A stretch of DNA of 60,567 nt, from NCBI GenBank assembly GCA_031973395.1, contig DALYDD010000004.1, positions 447 to 61,013 of the forward strand. Direction: 5' to 3'. Source of the stretch: Minisyncoccota bacterium (GTDB lineage Bacteria > Patescibacteriota > Minisyncoccia > Phycocordibacterales > CAIZLB01). Of the stretch, positions 1 to 8,500 are shown one piece after another. Made by a program: the position numbers and the translations under genes. The notes under the pieces are model-generated. The model had not been told where the DNA came from. It worked only from the letters and a program-made list of their open reading frames with translations, and did no database searches. Every line of letters begins with the position of its first letter. Within the stretch, counting starts at the first letter, position 1.

Positions 1-255
1 ATGGGAAATGGAAAACGTATTCCAATGCTTAAGGGTAAAACGTCATCGGTATTCATTACTTGCGACGGCTCTATTATTCTGTACCTCATGATGGCACTTC
101 CATTTTGGTCAATTTGGAGATTTGCCACTCTGTACTATTGCGGTATTCGATTGCGCAAATTCAGAGTCTTAGATAAGAGCACGTGGTCAAGTCATGAACG
201 AAAAGATCGGTTTCTCGCCAAGGCAGAAGCTATTGGCAGGAGTCTAATGAAATAA
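1..255 (+). CDS. hypothetical protein, window-edge ORF (may be the 3' part of a longer gene)
   Basis: Open frame from the window edge to a stop at 253-255, 19 nt upstream of the next same-strand gene. Contains a hydrophobic stretch. No motif recognised. Confidence 0.2.
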   Translation: MGNGKRIPMLKGKTSSVFITCDGSIILYLMMALPFWSIWRFATLYYCGIRLRKFRVLDKSTWSSHERKDRFLAKAEAIGRSLMK

Positions 256-273
256 AGTTGGCCGCATCAATAT

Positions 274-861
274 ATGGACGATCCATTGCAACAAAGCATC
301 GCTGTAGAACAAAAAAATGCTAAGTATAAATATATAAGCCTGCTTTTTGTCATTGTTTTCGTGGGCGTCCTTTTCACCATTGCGTCATCGATGTATGCGG
401 AAAGAAAAAAGCAGAATGTAGTTGCTGAATTAGATGTTCAGAATAAAAGCTCTGACGAAAAGGCGCAGGTTCTGGAGGGTACATATGATACTGATGACCT
501 GGTAATCAGGAGTGCTGATTCGCGGGTAGCTCGTGCAATCTTCAAAATTGAGATCGCTGATACGCCCGCCCTACAGCAATTGGGTTTAAGTGGCCGCGCT
601 GATCTGGCTGCTGGTGATGCTCTTTTGTTTCCATTTCCAAAAGATGCATATTATCCGTTTTGGATGAAGGATATGAATTTTCCAATCGATATTATTTGGA
701 TTAATAAGGATAAAAAAATTGTGCACATCGTGGAGCATGCGTCACCTGCATCATATCCGCAAACATTTCAATCACCTGTGCTGGCGCGATACGTACTTGA
801 GGTGCGAGATGGAATAGTAAAAGAGAAGGGGATTAAGGTTGGGGATAAAGCGGAGTTTTAA
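274..861 (+). CDS. DUF192-family protein with N-terminal membrane anchor
   Basis: N-terminal TM segment. The C-terminal region (LLFPFP..YPFWMKDMNFPIDIIWINKDKKIV...ARYVLEV..G) resembles the DUF192/COG1430 pattern. Confidence 0.7.
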   Translation: MDDPLQQSIAVEQKNAKYKYISLLFVIVFVGVLFTIASSMYAERKKQNVVAELDVQNKSSDEKAQVLEGTYDTDDLVIRSADSRVARAIFKIEIADTPALQQLGLSGRADLAAGDALLFPFPKDAYYPFWMKDMNFPIDIIWINKDKKIVHIVEHASPASYPQTFQSPVLARYVLEVRDGIVKEKGIKVGDKAEF

Positions 862-885
862 GTTGGAAAATTAGATTGTCAAAAT

Positions 886-921
886 GTAAAAAAGGGAACG
901 CCGCCCCGGTTAGGGGCGGCG
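886..921 (-). terminator. intrinsic terminator (minus strand)
   Basis: Perfect 9-bp GC stem CGCCGCCCC/GGGGCGGCG (899-921) with a 5-nt loop. It is followed on the minus strand by TTCCCTTTTTTAC. Confidence 0.65.
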
Positions 922-1209
922 GTTCTGTGCTGCGAAGGCGGCGACGGCACGCTGTCGGACTGGGCATGACGTCTCCGGGCAGAGGTGGCAGGGCAGTCGG
1001 GCAGGTGCAGGTCCAGCGCTCATTATGCGGGGCTGCATGAGTCCGAGGCCAAGCATGTGGCCGAGGGTGTTTTCTGCGGGCCGAGCCCATTTTCTGAATC
1101 GGCGACGGTCTTGCGGCTGTAGGATGGTCATGGTGTGGTGGGGTCTTGGTTGGGAGAGACTGTGTGAAAATCAAGGTTCAAATGCAGGCGCCAATGCGAA
1201 TGCGAACCT
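899..1209 (-). other. GC-rich orphan transcription unit (promoter to terminator, ~310 nt); contains a doubtful 73-aa ORF at 910-1131
   Basis: Bounded by a sigma70-like promoter (1216-1244) and the 899-921 terminator. Strongly C-rich on the minus strand. The ORF has no SD and no recognisable motif, and its stop lies in the terminator loop. Confidence 0.3.
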
Positions 1210-1215
1210 TCTATG

Positions 1216-1244
1216 ATTATGCAATTATATTTAATATAAGTCAA
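1216..1244 (-). promoter_or_regulatory. sigma70-like promoter (TTGACT - 17 nt - CATAAT) reading toward 899
   Basis: On the minus strand, TTGACT lies at 1244-1239 and CATAAT at 1221-1216, with an exact 17-nt spacer. Confidence 0.45.
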
Positions 1245-1271
1245 TAAAATGAACAGAATTTCTTTTCTTCA

Positions 1272-1327
1272 TTTTATTTTTATATAAAACAAAACCACCC
1301 ACAATCTTGCGATCATGAGTGGTTTTG
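1272..1327 (-). terminator. terminator of RNase P RNA
   Basis: Long stem CAAAACCAC..CATGATC-GCAA-GATTGTG..GTGGTTTTG with a GNRA loop, followed on the minus strand by TTTTGTTTTATATAAAAAT. Confidence 0.6.
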
Positions 1328-1776
1328 GTATCGATAAGCCGAATTCTGTACTCTGTGATTCTGGCGAATTACGAAGCGACAATCATTCATCTTGATTGCA
1401 TATTGCTATGCAATTCTTTGCGTCACTCAATCTCGAATATACACGTGTGCGTATTCGAGAAGCACGGACTTGCATGGGGGTAAGGATTTTGCCGTTTCAC
1501 TTCGCGGATCACTCCGCAAATTCATCCGCATTATTTGCTTGCGCAGATTATGTGGATGCCCGAGGCTTTCGCTTTGGGCGTCACTGCTCGCACCTCTATC
1601 TGATTGCGACGTTGCCGGCGGAATCAGACCGGCGGGGATTACCCGCTACCTTTCTCCTTTGTTCATATCAACTGCATGTTGCAACACTTGCTGATATTCA
1701 ATACAAAGGCCATATTCGGACTTTCCTCTCTCCAAAAGTTTTTGCAATCCTTTGGTCGAGCGATTGTCTGATACGG
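1328..1776 (-). ncRNA. rnpB: RNase P RNA (bacterial type)
   Basis: The minus strand carries GAGAGGAAAGUCCGAA (CR-I, complement of 1725-1738) and ACAGAAUUCGGCUUAUC (CR-V, complement of ~1336-1352). A GUGAAACGG element is also present. GUAUC/GAUAC pairing closes the ends. The 5' and 3' ends are approximate. Confidence 0.85.
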
Positions 1777-1780
1777 ATAT

Positions 1781-1789
1781 ATTATAGCA
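1781..1789 (-). promoter_or_regulatory. extended -10 (TGcTATAAT) for rnpB
   Basis: The minus strand reads TGCTATAAT about 6-8 nt upstream of the proposed RNA 5' end (CCGUAUC). Confidence 0.5.
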
Positions 1790-1832
1790 TAAAATAGGGG
1801 ATTTGTCTCGCTTCTTGTTTTTTTGTCTATCT

Positions 1833-1871
1833 ATAAAAAGGTTCACCCCGCCGGCGCATTTGCCGGCGGGG
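1833..1871 (-). terminator. intrinsic terminator of the GC-rich dehydrogenase-like gene
   Basis: Perfect 10-bp stem CCCCGCCGGC/GCCGGCGGGG (1846-1871), followed on the minus strand by TGAACCTTTTTATAG. Confidence 0.7.
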
Positions 1872-1903
1872 CTTGGTTAAAGGACTGTTGGTCTGGGGTT
1901 TGA

Positions 1904-3025
1904 TCAGGCCGGCAGCACGAGCAGGCCCTGTGTCTGTTCCGTGACGTAACTCATCAAGGCTTCGGTGTCGCGATCTTCGCGCGGGGTCGTGGTGCAGTAC
2001 TTCAGGGTTTCCGCACGGACCGCATCGAAGAATGCCTTTTGGTCTGGATTGACCTTTTGGAACGCGGCGGCCATGGCAAAGATGATTGACGTAGGGTCCA
2101 GGAATTGTGCTCCTTTGAGCGGGCCCGTTGTCTTTCCATCCGCGGTGCCGCCGGGTAACTCTTCGTACGTGTATTGCGATCCGTCTTCGTTTTCGCACCA
2201 GACCTGAGAGCCCATAATGCGTCCATCCACCTGGAACTCCATGAGATCGCTCCCGGAGTCGCCGTTGGGGTTGTCGAAGCATCCGAGCACGGGCGCATGG
2301 CCCCAGGAGACACCAGAGGTCGCATTGATCGGAAGACTGGCCAGAGCCACATCCGTAAGTTCGAAGTGGTAATCGCCAGTCCAAATGGCACCTGTTTCCC
2401 GGTTTTTGGTCTCGCCAGGTTTGAGTCCACGGGCAGCCCAGATGCGTTCGACCTCGAGGCGGAAGAACTCTTCAGACCTCGCGATCGTGGATTTAGAGGC
2501 CAGAATGAGATGCAGGCCGCTTTCTTTGGCAACGTCCGCAGCCAAATTGGCATAAGGTGTGATCGCATCGACATCCATTTCCTGGACGATGCGTGCGATA
2601 CGCCTTCCGCCAAACTTTTCCTGAACGACACTGAACTCACGTTCGTCGTAGAAGCCGCCGTGCGCATAACGGATGATACCGGAGGTGGGACCATATTTGC
2701 TCGCGGCTTGGAGCATCCGAAGCAGCGCAAACGCGCCAGCTTTCGGCCGCATGACGATGTTGGCACTTTTCTTGCCAGCCTTTTTGATGCGTTTGTCATT
2801 GCTCGCGGTGCTGTTTTTGAAGCCGGCACCACACTTGCGGAAGGCTGCGAGTGCTGTGTCGATGCACAAGTCATTGGTCTCGAGGCGGGCTTCGACTGTG
2901 ACGGGAACATCTTCGGTTGGGAAGCGCAGGAAGATACTGTGTCGTGCGAGTGCTGCGCCGCGGCCCGTGCCGCCGTCGCCGTTTGCAAAGCCAATGGGCT
3001 TAAGGGAACTATGTGGATTGCTCAT
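1904..3025 (-). CDS. isocitrate/isopropylmalate dehydrogenase-superfamily protein, divergent, GC-rich (foreign composition)
   Basis: 373 aa. ANGDGGTG matches the (L/I)PGDGIGPE position, NPNGDSGSDL matches N(L/I)FGDILSD, and EELPGGTADGK...DPTSIIFAMAAAF matches EPvHGSAPDIAGkgiANPtAailSaAMML. The sequence is visibly GC-rich relative to its flanks. Confidence 0.5.
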   Translation of the reverse strand: MSNPHSSLKPIGFANGDGGTGRGAALARHSIFLRFPTEDVPVTVEARLETNDLCIDTALAAFRKCGAGFKNSTASNDKRIKKAGKKSANIVMRPKAGAFALLRMLQAASKYGPTSGIIRYAHGGFYDEREFSVVQEKFGGRRIARIVQEMDVDAITPYANLAADVAKESGLHLILASKSTIARSEEFFRLEVERIWAARGLKPGETKNRETGAIWTGDYHFELTDVALASLPINATSGVSWGHAPVLGCFDNPNGDSGSDLMEFQVDGRIMGSQVWCENEDGSQYTYEELPGGTADGKTTGPLKGAQFLDPTSIIFAMAAAFQKVNPDQKAFFDAVRAETLKYCTTTPREDRDTEALMSYVTEQTQGLLVLPA

Positions 3026-3240
3026 TTTTGGATTCTTACGTAGTGAAAAGACATTGATCAGAGATGATCTAGGAGTCTTTGGGCCTAGCAGGGTTTGGAC
3101 CTGCAGTTTTCGTCACAAATATGACAATGAACTAAGCGGGATATTTCTACCACATGAGTTGCATTTCAGCAAGATTTTCATTGAAAAACCTATATCTACA
3201 GCCATGTATTATGCTATGATACACACAACCCACCTCGAAG

Positions 3241-5019
3241 ATGGTCTCTAAAATACTCAAACTTTTTAATAGTGAAACGAGCAGTGTGCATCAGGCTGCT
3301 TTTTTGCTCGGTTTCTTTACACTGCTTGCACAGATTTTGGGATTGGTGCGTGATCGTGCATTAGCACATTTCTTTGGCGCAGGACTACAACTTGATATTT
3401 ATTATGCGGCGTTTCGCGTGCCTGATTTAATTTTTGCCACTGCCGCATCGCTTGTGTCGATCTCTGTAATTATTCCTTTTATAAATAAAGCAGAAGAAAG
3501 AGCAGAACAGGCGGGCAAAAGTAGCAATAAAGAAGTGCGTAATATTATGGACTCCTTGTTTAGTTCTTTTAGTATTTTGATGATTGTCATTTCAATCATT
3601 GCATACATTGCGATGCCGTATATCACACGAGCGATTTTCAACGGCATTGGTGATGCGGCGGCAGTCGAGCAAATCATTTTCTTGTCTCGATTGCTTTTGC
3701 TCCAGCCAATCTGTCTCGGTATTTCAAATATTCTCGGGTCGCTCACACAGTTGCGCAAGCGTTTCGTGCTGTATGCGCTTTCACCGATTTTCTACAATGG
3801 AGCGATAATTGCAGGTATATTTTTACTTCGACCATTCATGGGAATTTCCGGTGTGGTTTGGGGTGTGATCATTGGAGGGCTTCTGCATTTTCTTATTCAG
3901 ATTCCATTTATTAAAAAAGAGAATCTCATGCCGCGCTGGCAATCTCCGCACAAGATTGATTGGAAGTTGGTGAGCCAGGTTTTCAAATTATCAATTCCAC
4001 GAACGCTCACACTATCTGCCTCAATGATCGAAATGGTGGTGCTTACAGCGCTTGCTGCGACACTAACCGTTGGCTCGATCTCAATTCTTAGTTTATCTTT
4101 CAATATCCAGTCGGTACCGCTTGGTATTATCGGTGTGAGTTATGCGCTCGCAGCTTTTCCGACTCTATCTGCGCATTTTGCTCGTGGTGAGAGGGATAAA
4201 TTTTTGGCACAAATTACTGGAGCTATTCGGCATATTATTTTTTGGTCCATTCCGATCGCGGCATTCTTTGTTGTTTTGCGTGCGCAAATTGTGCGAACCG
4301 TGCTCGGTTCTGGAAATTTCAATTGGGATAATACACGGTTGACGGCGGCTTGCTTGGCGCTTTTCGTCGTATCGCTTGTAGCGCAAGGACTCGAACTCAT
4401 TTTTATTCGTTCATATTATGCTGCAGGACAAACACGCAAGCCACTTGTTATCAATTTAATTTCTTCGCTCATTACTATTGTAAGTCCCATACTATTTATC
4501 TGGCTCTATCATGTCAGCCCTGCATTCGGTAATTTTTTCGCCAGACTATTCCGTGTAGAAGGAATTCCAGGAATCGAAATCCTGATGCTGCCACTTGGCT
4601 ATACATTGGGAACTATTATCAATGCCATCGCATTTTGGGTTAAATTTGAGAAGGAATTCAGTAGAGGTGCGCTCATCAAAGCTACTTGGCATTCATGGAT
4701 CGGCTCACTTGGAGCCGGTGTGATTGGTGGATTCTTTGCGTATATAGGGCTCAATATGTTTGATCAGGTTTTTGATCTAACAACGGTGCGCGGAGTTTTC
4801 CTACATGGATTTGTCGCGGGTATCCTGGGTCTAGTCGTTTCGATTCTCATTTTGAAATTACTAAAGAGTGAAGAAATGCACGAAGTCTCGGTGACTTTGC
4901 AAAAACGCATCCCTGCCATCAATATTTTTGGTGGCTGGTTTGGAAAAAAACCTGCTCCTGCTGATTTGTCGAAGACGGGAGATGTTTTGGTCTTGGAGCC
5001 GGATAAACTAGAACACTAA
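3241..5019 (+). CDS. murJ: lipid II flippase MurJ/MviN
   Basis: 592 aa, polytopic. The N-terminus AAFLLGFFTLLAQILGLVRDRALAHFFGAG..DIYYAAFRVPD is typical of MurJ. Confidence 0.85.
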   Translation: MVSKILKLFNSETSSVHQAAFLLGFFTLLAQILGLVRDRALAHFFGAGLQLDIYYAAFRVPDLIFATAASLVSISVIIPFINKAEERAEQAGKSSNKEVRNIMDSLFSSFSILMIVISIIAYIAMPYITRAIFNGIGDAAAVEQIIFLSRLLLLQPICLGISNILGSLTQLRKRFVLYALSPIFYNGAIIAGIFLLRPFMGISGVVWGVIIGGLLHFLIQIPFIKKENLMPRWQSPHKIDWKLVSQVFKLSIPRTLTLSASMIEMVVLTALAATLTVGSISILSLSFNIQSVPLGIIGVSYALAAFPTLSAHFARGERDKFLAQITGAIRHIIFWSIPIAAFFVVLRAQIVRTVLGSGNFNWDNTRLTAACLALFVVSLVAQGLELIFIRSYYAAGQTRKPLVINLISSLITIVSPILFIWLYHVSPAFGNFFARLFRVEGIPGIEILMLPLGYTLGTIINAIAFWVKFEKEFSRGALIKATWHSWIGSLGAGVIGGFFAYIGLNMFDQVFDLTTVRGVFLHGFVAGILGLVVSILILKLLKSEEMHEVSVTLQKRIPAINIFGGWFGKKPAPADLSKTGDVLVLEPDKLEH

Positions 5020-5104
5020 AATACAAAATAGCTTGCTGTCCTCGGTTTCGATAATGGTCACACGATCGTCCTGCGGAGGCAAGCTATTTTGTATTTTAGT
5101 GTTC
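5011..5104 (+). repeat. palindromic element copy 1: 26-bp perfect inverted arms around a conserved 42-nt core; likely bidirectional terminator between murJ and mscL
   Basis: Arms 5011-5036 and 5079-5104 are exact reverse complements. The core TGTCCTCGGTTTCG...TCGTCCTGCGGAG is shared with 11350-11392 and 56663-56705. The murJ stop (5017-5019) lies inside the left arm. Confidence 0.8.
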
Positions 5105-5129
5105 TCTAAGAATGATGAGCCTTGTTCGA

Positions 5130-5477
5130 TTATTGGTTCGGTGTCGCTGTATCAATGCTTTCTCTTTTCCTAATAATTCTACTCAGTAATCTAACTGTGA
5201 TAAAGACAGAGAAACCCACGATAATCAGATTAACAATCGAGTTGATGAACGAACCCCATTTGATCGCGCCGTATGCGAATGAGCTGAAATCTGGCTTGTG
5301 GAAGAAGTTGGCAATGGCACCCATGATGATGTCTTTCACTAATGAATCCACCACGGTATTGAATGCGGTACCGATTACAACACCAACAGCGAGATCGATG
5401 GCATTACCTTTTGCAATGAATTCTTTGAATTCTTGACCGAACTTTTTTGCTTTAACTAATTTGTCTTGGATGGGCAT
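5130..5477 (-). CDS. mscL: large-conductance mechanosensitive channel
   Basis: 115 aa. FKEFIAKGNAIDLAVGVVIGTAFNTVVDSLVKDIIMG is the MscL signature region. Confidence 0.9.
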   Translation of the reverse strand: MPIQDKLVKAKKFGQEFKEFIAKGNAIDLAVGVVIGTAFNTVVDSLVKDIIMGAIANFFHKPDFSSFAYGAIKWGSFINSIVNLIIVGFSVFITVRLLSRIIRKRESIDTATPNQ

Positions 5478-5514
5478 TGTGATTTTGTGAGAAAGAAAAA
5501 CGTGGCCAAAAGAT

Positions 5515-6213
5515 TTAGTTTGCTGGCGCAGGTGCGGTTGTACTTGCTGCTAATTCAGCCGCGATCATTTCCTTCAGGGTTTGTGCGGTCTGAACACCTA
5601 CAATTGCGCTTTTGGCATTGAATACCAGTGTAGGGGTTGAAGAGATACCCATTCTCATGGCATCTGCATTGTCATTGTTCATGATATCTGTAACGAGATT
5701 TTTGAAACTTGCATCATCTAAGCGTGCGGTAAATTTGGTTACATCGAGCTTAATTTCCTTTGCGTAACCAATAAAGATTTCTTTTTGTTTTGCTTCACCT
5801 TGGCTGGCCCAGTCACTTTGCTTTGCAAATAAAAGATGTGCCATCTCGAAGAATTTGGCAGGATCTTGTTCACGTGCTGCAAATGCAGCCATGGCAGAGT
5901 TGATGGAGTCTGCACCGTGAATCGGGAGGAGGCGGAGGGCAAATGAAACTTGGTCAGCAGAAGATGAGGCGAGTGCTGCTTCGACATTCGGTGCAAGCAT
6001 TGAACATGCAGGACATGCGAAATCTCCAAATTCTACGATAGAGACTTTTGCGTTTGATGAACCCTGAATAGGGGTTGTAGAAGAAACAAGGGTTGCTGGG
6101 TCGATTTTTACACTTGGCGCCTTCGGGCCACCCTTGGTCATAGCTAAGCCACCAAAGATAACAAGAATGGTAATAAGAACGATGATAGATATTACTTTTG
6201 TTTCAGAGCTCAT
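5515..6213 (-). CDS. DsbA-family thiol:disulfide oxidoreductase, membrane-anchored
   Basis: N-terminal TM segment. Thioredoxin-fold CxxC motif in FGDFACPAC. Confidence 0.75.
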   Translation of the reverse strand: MSSETKVISIIVLITILVIFGGLAMTKGGPKAPSVKIDPATLVSSTTPIQGSSNAKVSIVEFGDFACPACSMLAPNVEAALASSSADQVSFALRLLPIHGADSINSAMAAFAAREQDPAKFFEMAHLLFAKQSDWASQGEAKQKEIFIGYAKEIKLDVTKFTARLDDASFKNLVTDIMNNDNADAMRMGISSTPTLVFNAKSAIVGVQTAQTLKEMIAAELAASTTAPAPAN

Positions 6214-6280
6214 ATAATTGATTGATTAAGATAATTTGGATTAAGGATTAAAGGCGAATAAATCGGCAGTAGCCTCATTA

Positions 6281-6769
6281 TTACGCGGGGTTTACGGTAT
6301 TTGTTTCATTCATCCTAACATATCGGCGTTGTACGTACATCATGGTGATGATCACGGTAAAGGCAATAAATGCGAGCAGAGGGATGGTTACGAAACCAAA
6401 ATATTCTATAAATTTTGTAGTGCACGATACGCCTGTACTACACGGTGAGATGGTGTCCGGAATGATTTTGTAATATAGAAGATTGTGATAAAGAGAGATA
6501 ATCCAACCAATCCAAGCGAGCGGTAGTACGTATAAATATACTCTGGCGTCTTTTCTGAGGATTCCCACCATCAGAATGAGGACAAGGGGGAACATGAGGA
6601 TTCTCTGATACCAACAGAGTACACAAGGAGGGAAGTGGGCGATATTGCTGTAATACATACTCCACAGGAATGCCACAATTGATTGGACAAAAGCTATATA
6701 TAGGGCATAAGAACCAAGGCGATTCCAAAAGCTTTGTACCGGCATGCCGGCGGGTGTTGGGTTTTGCAT
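6281..6769 (-). CDS. disulfide bond formation protein B (DsbB/BdbC family)
   Basis: Four-TM protein with PPCVLCWYQRILMFP and a second Cys pair (SPCSTGVSC). Adjacent to the DsbA-like gene. Confidence 0.75.
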   Translation of the reverse strand: MQNPTPAGMPVQSFWNRLGSYALYIAFVQSIVAFLWSMYYSNIAHFPPCVLCWYQRILMFPLVLILMVGILRKDARVYLYVLPLAWIGWIISLYHNLLYYKIIPDTISPCSTGVSCTTKFIEYFGFVTIPLLAFIAFTVIITMMYVQRRYVRMNETNTVNPA

Positions 6770-6813
6770 GGGTGGTATTATAGCAAAACTTTACAAAAAA
6801 CACCTTTTGCTCT

Positions 6814-6836
6814 ATTATGCAAACTACTTGCATAAT
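6814..6836. promoter_or_regulatory. palindromic operator ATTATGCAA-N5-TTGCATAAT overlapping the -10 and start of the Fur-family gene
   Basis: Perfect 9-bp inverted repeat with a 5-nt spacer. TATTAT lies at 6812-6817. The two candidate start codons (6817, 6835) sit in the half-sites. Confidence 0.55.
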
Positions 6837-7182
6837 GAGAACCAATAAATATAAAGAAAAAATCATAGCCCTCTTTGGCACAGAGCACCTTCTTGGCCTT
6901 GATGATATTCGGGCGCGTTTACGCGATGCTGATTTTTCAACTGTTTTTCGAAATGTTGAACACCTTTTGGCAGAAGGAAAAATCAAAAAAGTTGTTATAA
7001 ACAATAAGTATGTTTTGTATGAATTAGCAGATCACGCGCATGATCATTTTGTTTGTGATGATTGTGGAACGGTTGAATCCATTGAATTGTCGCATTCAGT
7101 TGGTCAACTTAAGGGTCGGCATGTCAGTGATATCACTGTGCATGGCACTTGTGATGTTTGTGTCGAAGTTCCGGTTCGCTGA
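6817..7182 (+). CDS. Fur-family metalloregulator (Zur/Fur-like); start may be 6835
   Basis: 121 aa. Winged-helix N-terminus, then HDHFVCDDCG..(29 aa)..CDVC metal-site motifs. Confidence 0.75.
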   Translation: MQTTCIMRTNKYKEKIIALFGTEHLLGLDDIRARLRDADFSTVFRNVEHLLAEGKIKKVVINNKYVLYELADHAHDHFVCDDCGTVESIELSHSVGQLKGRHVSDITVHGTCDVCVEVPVR

Positions 7183-7204
7183 TTGCTTTGCTGTTATCAA
7201 TACT

Positions 7205-7984
7205 ATGACACCAGAAAAAATCTTTAAAAAAATCATTGCTCTCGACACCTTGACTCCAAGTGACAAGGTAAATGCTCTATTCACTTCGCTCGTAAATTAT
7301 GTCACAGACTTTTCGAATCATTCTAGACAAAAGACTTTATCTAAGGCGAAAATTGCAAAGCTCCAAAATATATGCTCAAAAGCTGAGTATGAAATGGAAG
7401 TGTATTGGGCCAAGCGCATCATATCGGGTGAGTACGAGCTTAAGGATTTTCCATATTATCAAAATTATGTGGAGTTAACGCGGGTTGAATGGGCAGCATT
7501 GAAATCTTGTCACGATCACGCACATCACAATGTTTTATTTGTAGGCAGTGGCCCTTTGCCCATGACCGCGATCATTCTCGCCACTCTGCATAATACTAGT
7601 GTAACTTTGGTTGACAGTGACTTGGAGGCCGTACGGCTCTCAAAGAAAGTCATTAATACACTTGGCCTGGGACAACAAATTAAGATTATGCATGGCGATG
7701 CGGCGGGGTTCAAAAAATACCATAACTTCAATACGATTTTTATTGCGGCGCTCGTGGGTGATTCGGCAAAGGGCAAAATTGAAATTTTTGACAGTATAAA
7801 AGAAAACTTGGCAGACCATACACACATCATCACTCGATCGAGTTGGGGTAAAAGAAAACTGCTGTACCAACCTTTACCCAAAAAAGTGTACTCAATGTTT
7901 AGCCCGATTCTGGAAATCGTGCCTTACAATAAAATTGTTAATTCAGTAGTTATTTTCAAGTATGAAAAAAATGACCATGAATAA
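7205..7984 (+). CDS. nicotianamine synthase-like (NAS/CntL-type) SAM-dependent aminobutyryl transferase
   Basis: FPYYQNYVELTRVEWAAL, VLFVGSGPLPMTAIILA, IFIAALVG...K and ITRSSWGKRKLLY match the NAS family pattern. The longer ORF from 7040 overlaps the fur gene and is rejected. Confidence 0.6.
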   Translation: MTPEKIFKKIIALDTLTPSDKVNALFTSLVNYVTDFSNHSRQKTLSKAKIAKLQNICSKAEYEMEVYWAKRIISGEYELKDFPYYQNYVELTRVEWAALKSCHDHAHHNVLFVGSGPLPMTAIILATLHNTSVTLVDSDLEAVRLSKKVINTLGLGQQIKIMHGDAAGFKKYHNFNTIFIAALVGDSAKGKIEIFDSIKENLADHTHIITRSSWGKRKLLYQPLPKKVYSMFSPILEIVPYNKIVNSVVIFKYEKNDHE

Positions 7985-8495
7985 TATTTTTATCGAAAGG
8001 TTAGATCTAGATACAGAAAAAGGCAAAGAAGAGATTGCTGCTGCGAAAGCCTTCATGCTGAAAATAATAAAAGATGATTTTGGCTATGATTTTAATCCGA
8101 AATGGCATGATGACATTGTGCGTTTAGAGGAAGTGTATATGCCAGACACGCGTAGTTGCGTATATGTTGCTAAATTAGATAATGAAATTATTGGCACAAT
8201 TGCTTTGCGCCCTTATGATAAAAAATACCCAGAATTCATGGAGCGTTATGACGGTGCGGGTACAGCCTCGATCTGGCGTCATTATATAGCGCGAGAGTAT
8301 CGTGGCCAGGGTATTGGTACCGAACTTTTATGTGCAGCCGAAGAATTTGCTCAATCTATGGGCTATAAAACTATTTATCTGCATACGCAAAAGACCATTC
8401 CGGGTTCATTGGAATATTGGCAGGCAAAAGGTTATATAAAAGTTTTAGAGGCAGAGGATGACTTGCAAACAGTTCATTTGGAAAAAAGTATATAA
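7962..8495 (+). CDS. GNAT-family N-acetyltransferase
   Basis: IGTIALRP...YRGQGIGTELL acetyl-CoA-binding motif. The start overlaps the end of the upstream gene by 23 nt. Confidence 0.7.
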   Translation: MKKMTMNNIFIERLDLDTEKGKEEIAAAKAFMLKIIKDDFGYDFNPKWHDDIVRLEEVYMPDTRSCVYVAKLDNEIIGTIALRPYDKKYPEFMERYDGAGTASIWRHYIAREYRGQGIGTELLCAAEEFAQSMGYKTIYLHTQKTIPGSLEYWQAKGYIKVLEAEDDLQTVHLEKSI

Positions 8496-8500
8496 ACTCT

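Noticed and set aside
913-1216. Possible tmRNA on the plus strand: it begins GGGGCGGCGGTTCTG, contains GGTTCAAAT, and a reading frame ends ...NAGANANANLL-stop, resembling a tag peptide.
   Set aside because: There is no tRNA-like domain: no GGxUUCGAC 5' element, no T-arm with complementary stems, and no 3' CCACCA-proximal acceptor pairing. The promoter and terminator signals are on the opposite strand.
1827-3043. Long alternative and antisense ORFs in the GC-rich inserts (1827-2384, 2002-2994, 2174-3043, 2673-3251; similarly 13454-14125, and 833-1174 / 1025-1216).
   Set aside because: High-GC DNA is depleted in stop codons. The products are Arg/Pro/Ala-rich low-complexity strings, whereas the chosen frames have signal peptides or family motifs.
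5037-5078. Hammerhead, twister or pistol ribozyme in the conserved core of the palindromic elements (CGAAAC on the reverse strand).
   Set aside because: No CUGAUGA box or other full catalytic core could be matched by eye. Only self-cleavage assays or covariance models could revive this idea.
7040-7204. N-terminal 55 codons of the long ORF 7040-7984.
   Set aside because: It overlaps the 3' half of the Fur-family gene in another frame. The NAS-like homology begins after the ATG at 7205.
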